Assembly (NCBI GenBank): GCA_024654535.1
Contig: JANLHL010000038.1
Coordinates: 41,581-105,580, forward strand
Length of the DNA stretch: 64,000 nt
Source of the DNA: Candidatus Roizmanbacteria bacterium
GTDB taxonomy: Bacteria > Patescibacteriota > Microgenomatia > UBA1406
Direction of reading: 5' to 3'
The position numbers and the translations under genes are program-made. The notes below the pieces were generated by a model. That model was not told the DNA's origin. It made no database searches and saw only the letters and a list, made by a program, of their open reading frames with translations. The stretch's first letter is position 1; every line of letters begins with the position of its first letter. Positions 63,987-64,000 of the stretch are shown here, in pieces.

Positions 63987-64000
63987 GAACGCACCAAAAA

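Noticed and set aside
1-64000. CRISPR arrays, rRNA genes, IS elements, integrases, prophage genes and toxin-antitoxin pairs
   Set aside because: No repeat-spacer periodicity, no rRNA-like conserved segments, and no DDE/tyrosine/serine recombinase or phage structural motifs were recognised in any ORF. Their absence is from visual inspection only.
1-64000. Alternative genetic code (UGA reassignment, as in some CPR lineages)
   Set aside because: Long ORFs with intact family motifs are obtained with the standard code. Several well-supported genes terminate at TGA (for example at 15789-15791 and 23839-23841) exactly where the homologous protein families end.

Overview
This 64-kb window is low-GC and gene-dense, with about 75 protein genes, mostly short and often joined by 1-11 nt start/stop overlaps. 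There are 5 tRNA genes: Tyr-GTA, Cys-GCA, Ser-TGA, Ser-GCT and Lys-TTT. I found no rRNA, CRISPR array, integrase or transposase. The gene content suggests a reduced-genome, Gram-positive-type bacterium of the Candidate Phyla Radiation (Patescibacteria) kind; this is inference only. The supporting content is a class II RNR, an archaeal-type ATP-dependent DNA ligase, an IF-2 with no N-terminal region, a short RecO, DUF4012, GT-C/GT2/GT4 envelope glycosylation genes, a sortase with an LPXTG substrate, and TrbC/VirB2-like pilin-domain proteins. Housekeeping blocks are hisS, recO-glyQS, nusA-infB, PBP1A-sufS-fdx-lon and rmuC-helicase/nuclease-FEN. The regions most worth a second look are listed below.
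- An ApbE / FMN-binding / RnfD-like::FNR redox operon at 8.2-10.9 kb.
- Two translationally coupled secreted proteins sharing a pilin-like C-terminal module at 15.2-17.5 kb.
- A compositionally patchy accessory stretch after tRNA-Ser(GCU) at 20.6-24.7 kb. It holds a 0.7-kb ORF-free segment with a tRNA-like fragment, two small stress-protein genes, and a GC-richer DUF3494 LPXTG protein with its sortase.
- A recurring intergenic motif, GTTAGAACYTT, punctuating the minus-strand block at 2.2-7.3 kb.
- Two near-identical CRP-like sites next to two clusters of small stress proteins.
- A window-wide pattern of -10 hexamers sitting 5-8 nt before start codons, which implies leaderless mRNAs.
All functional calls come from reading motifs by eye. 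No database search was run.
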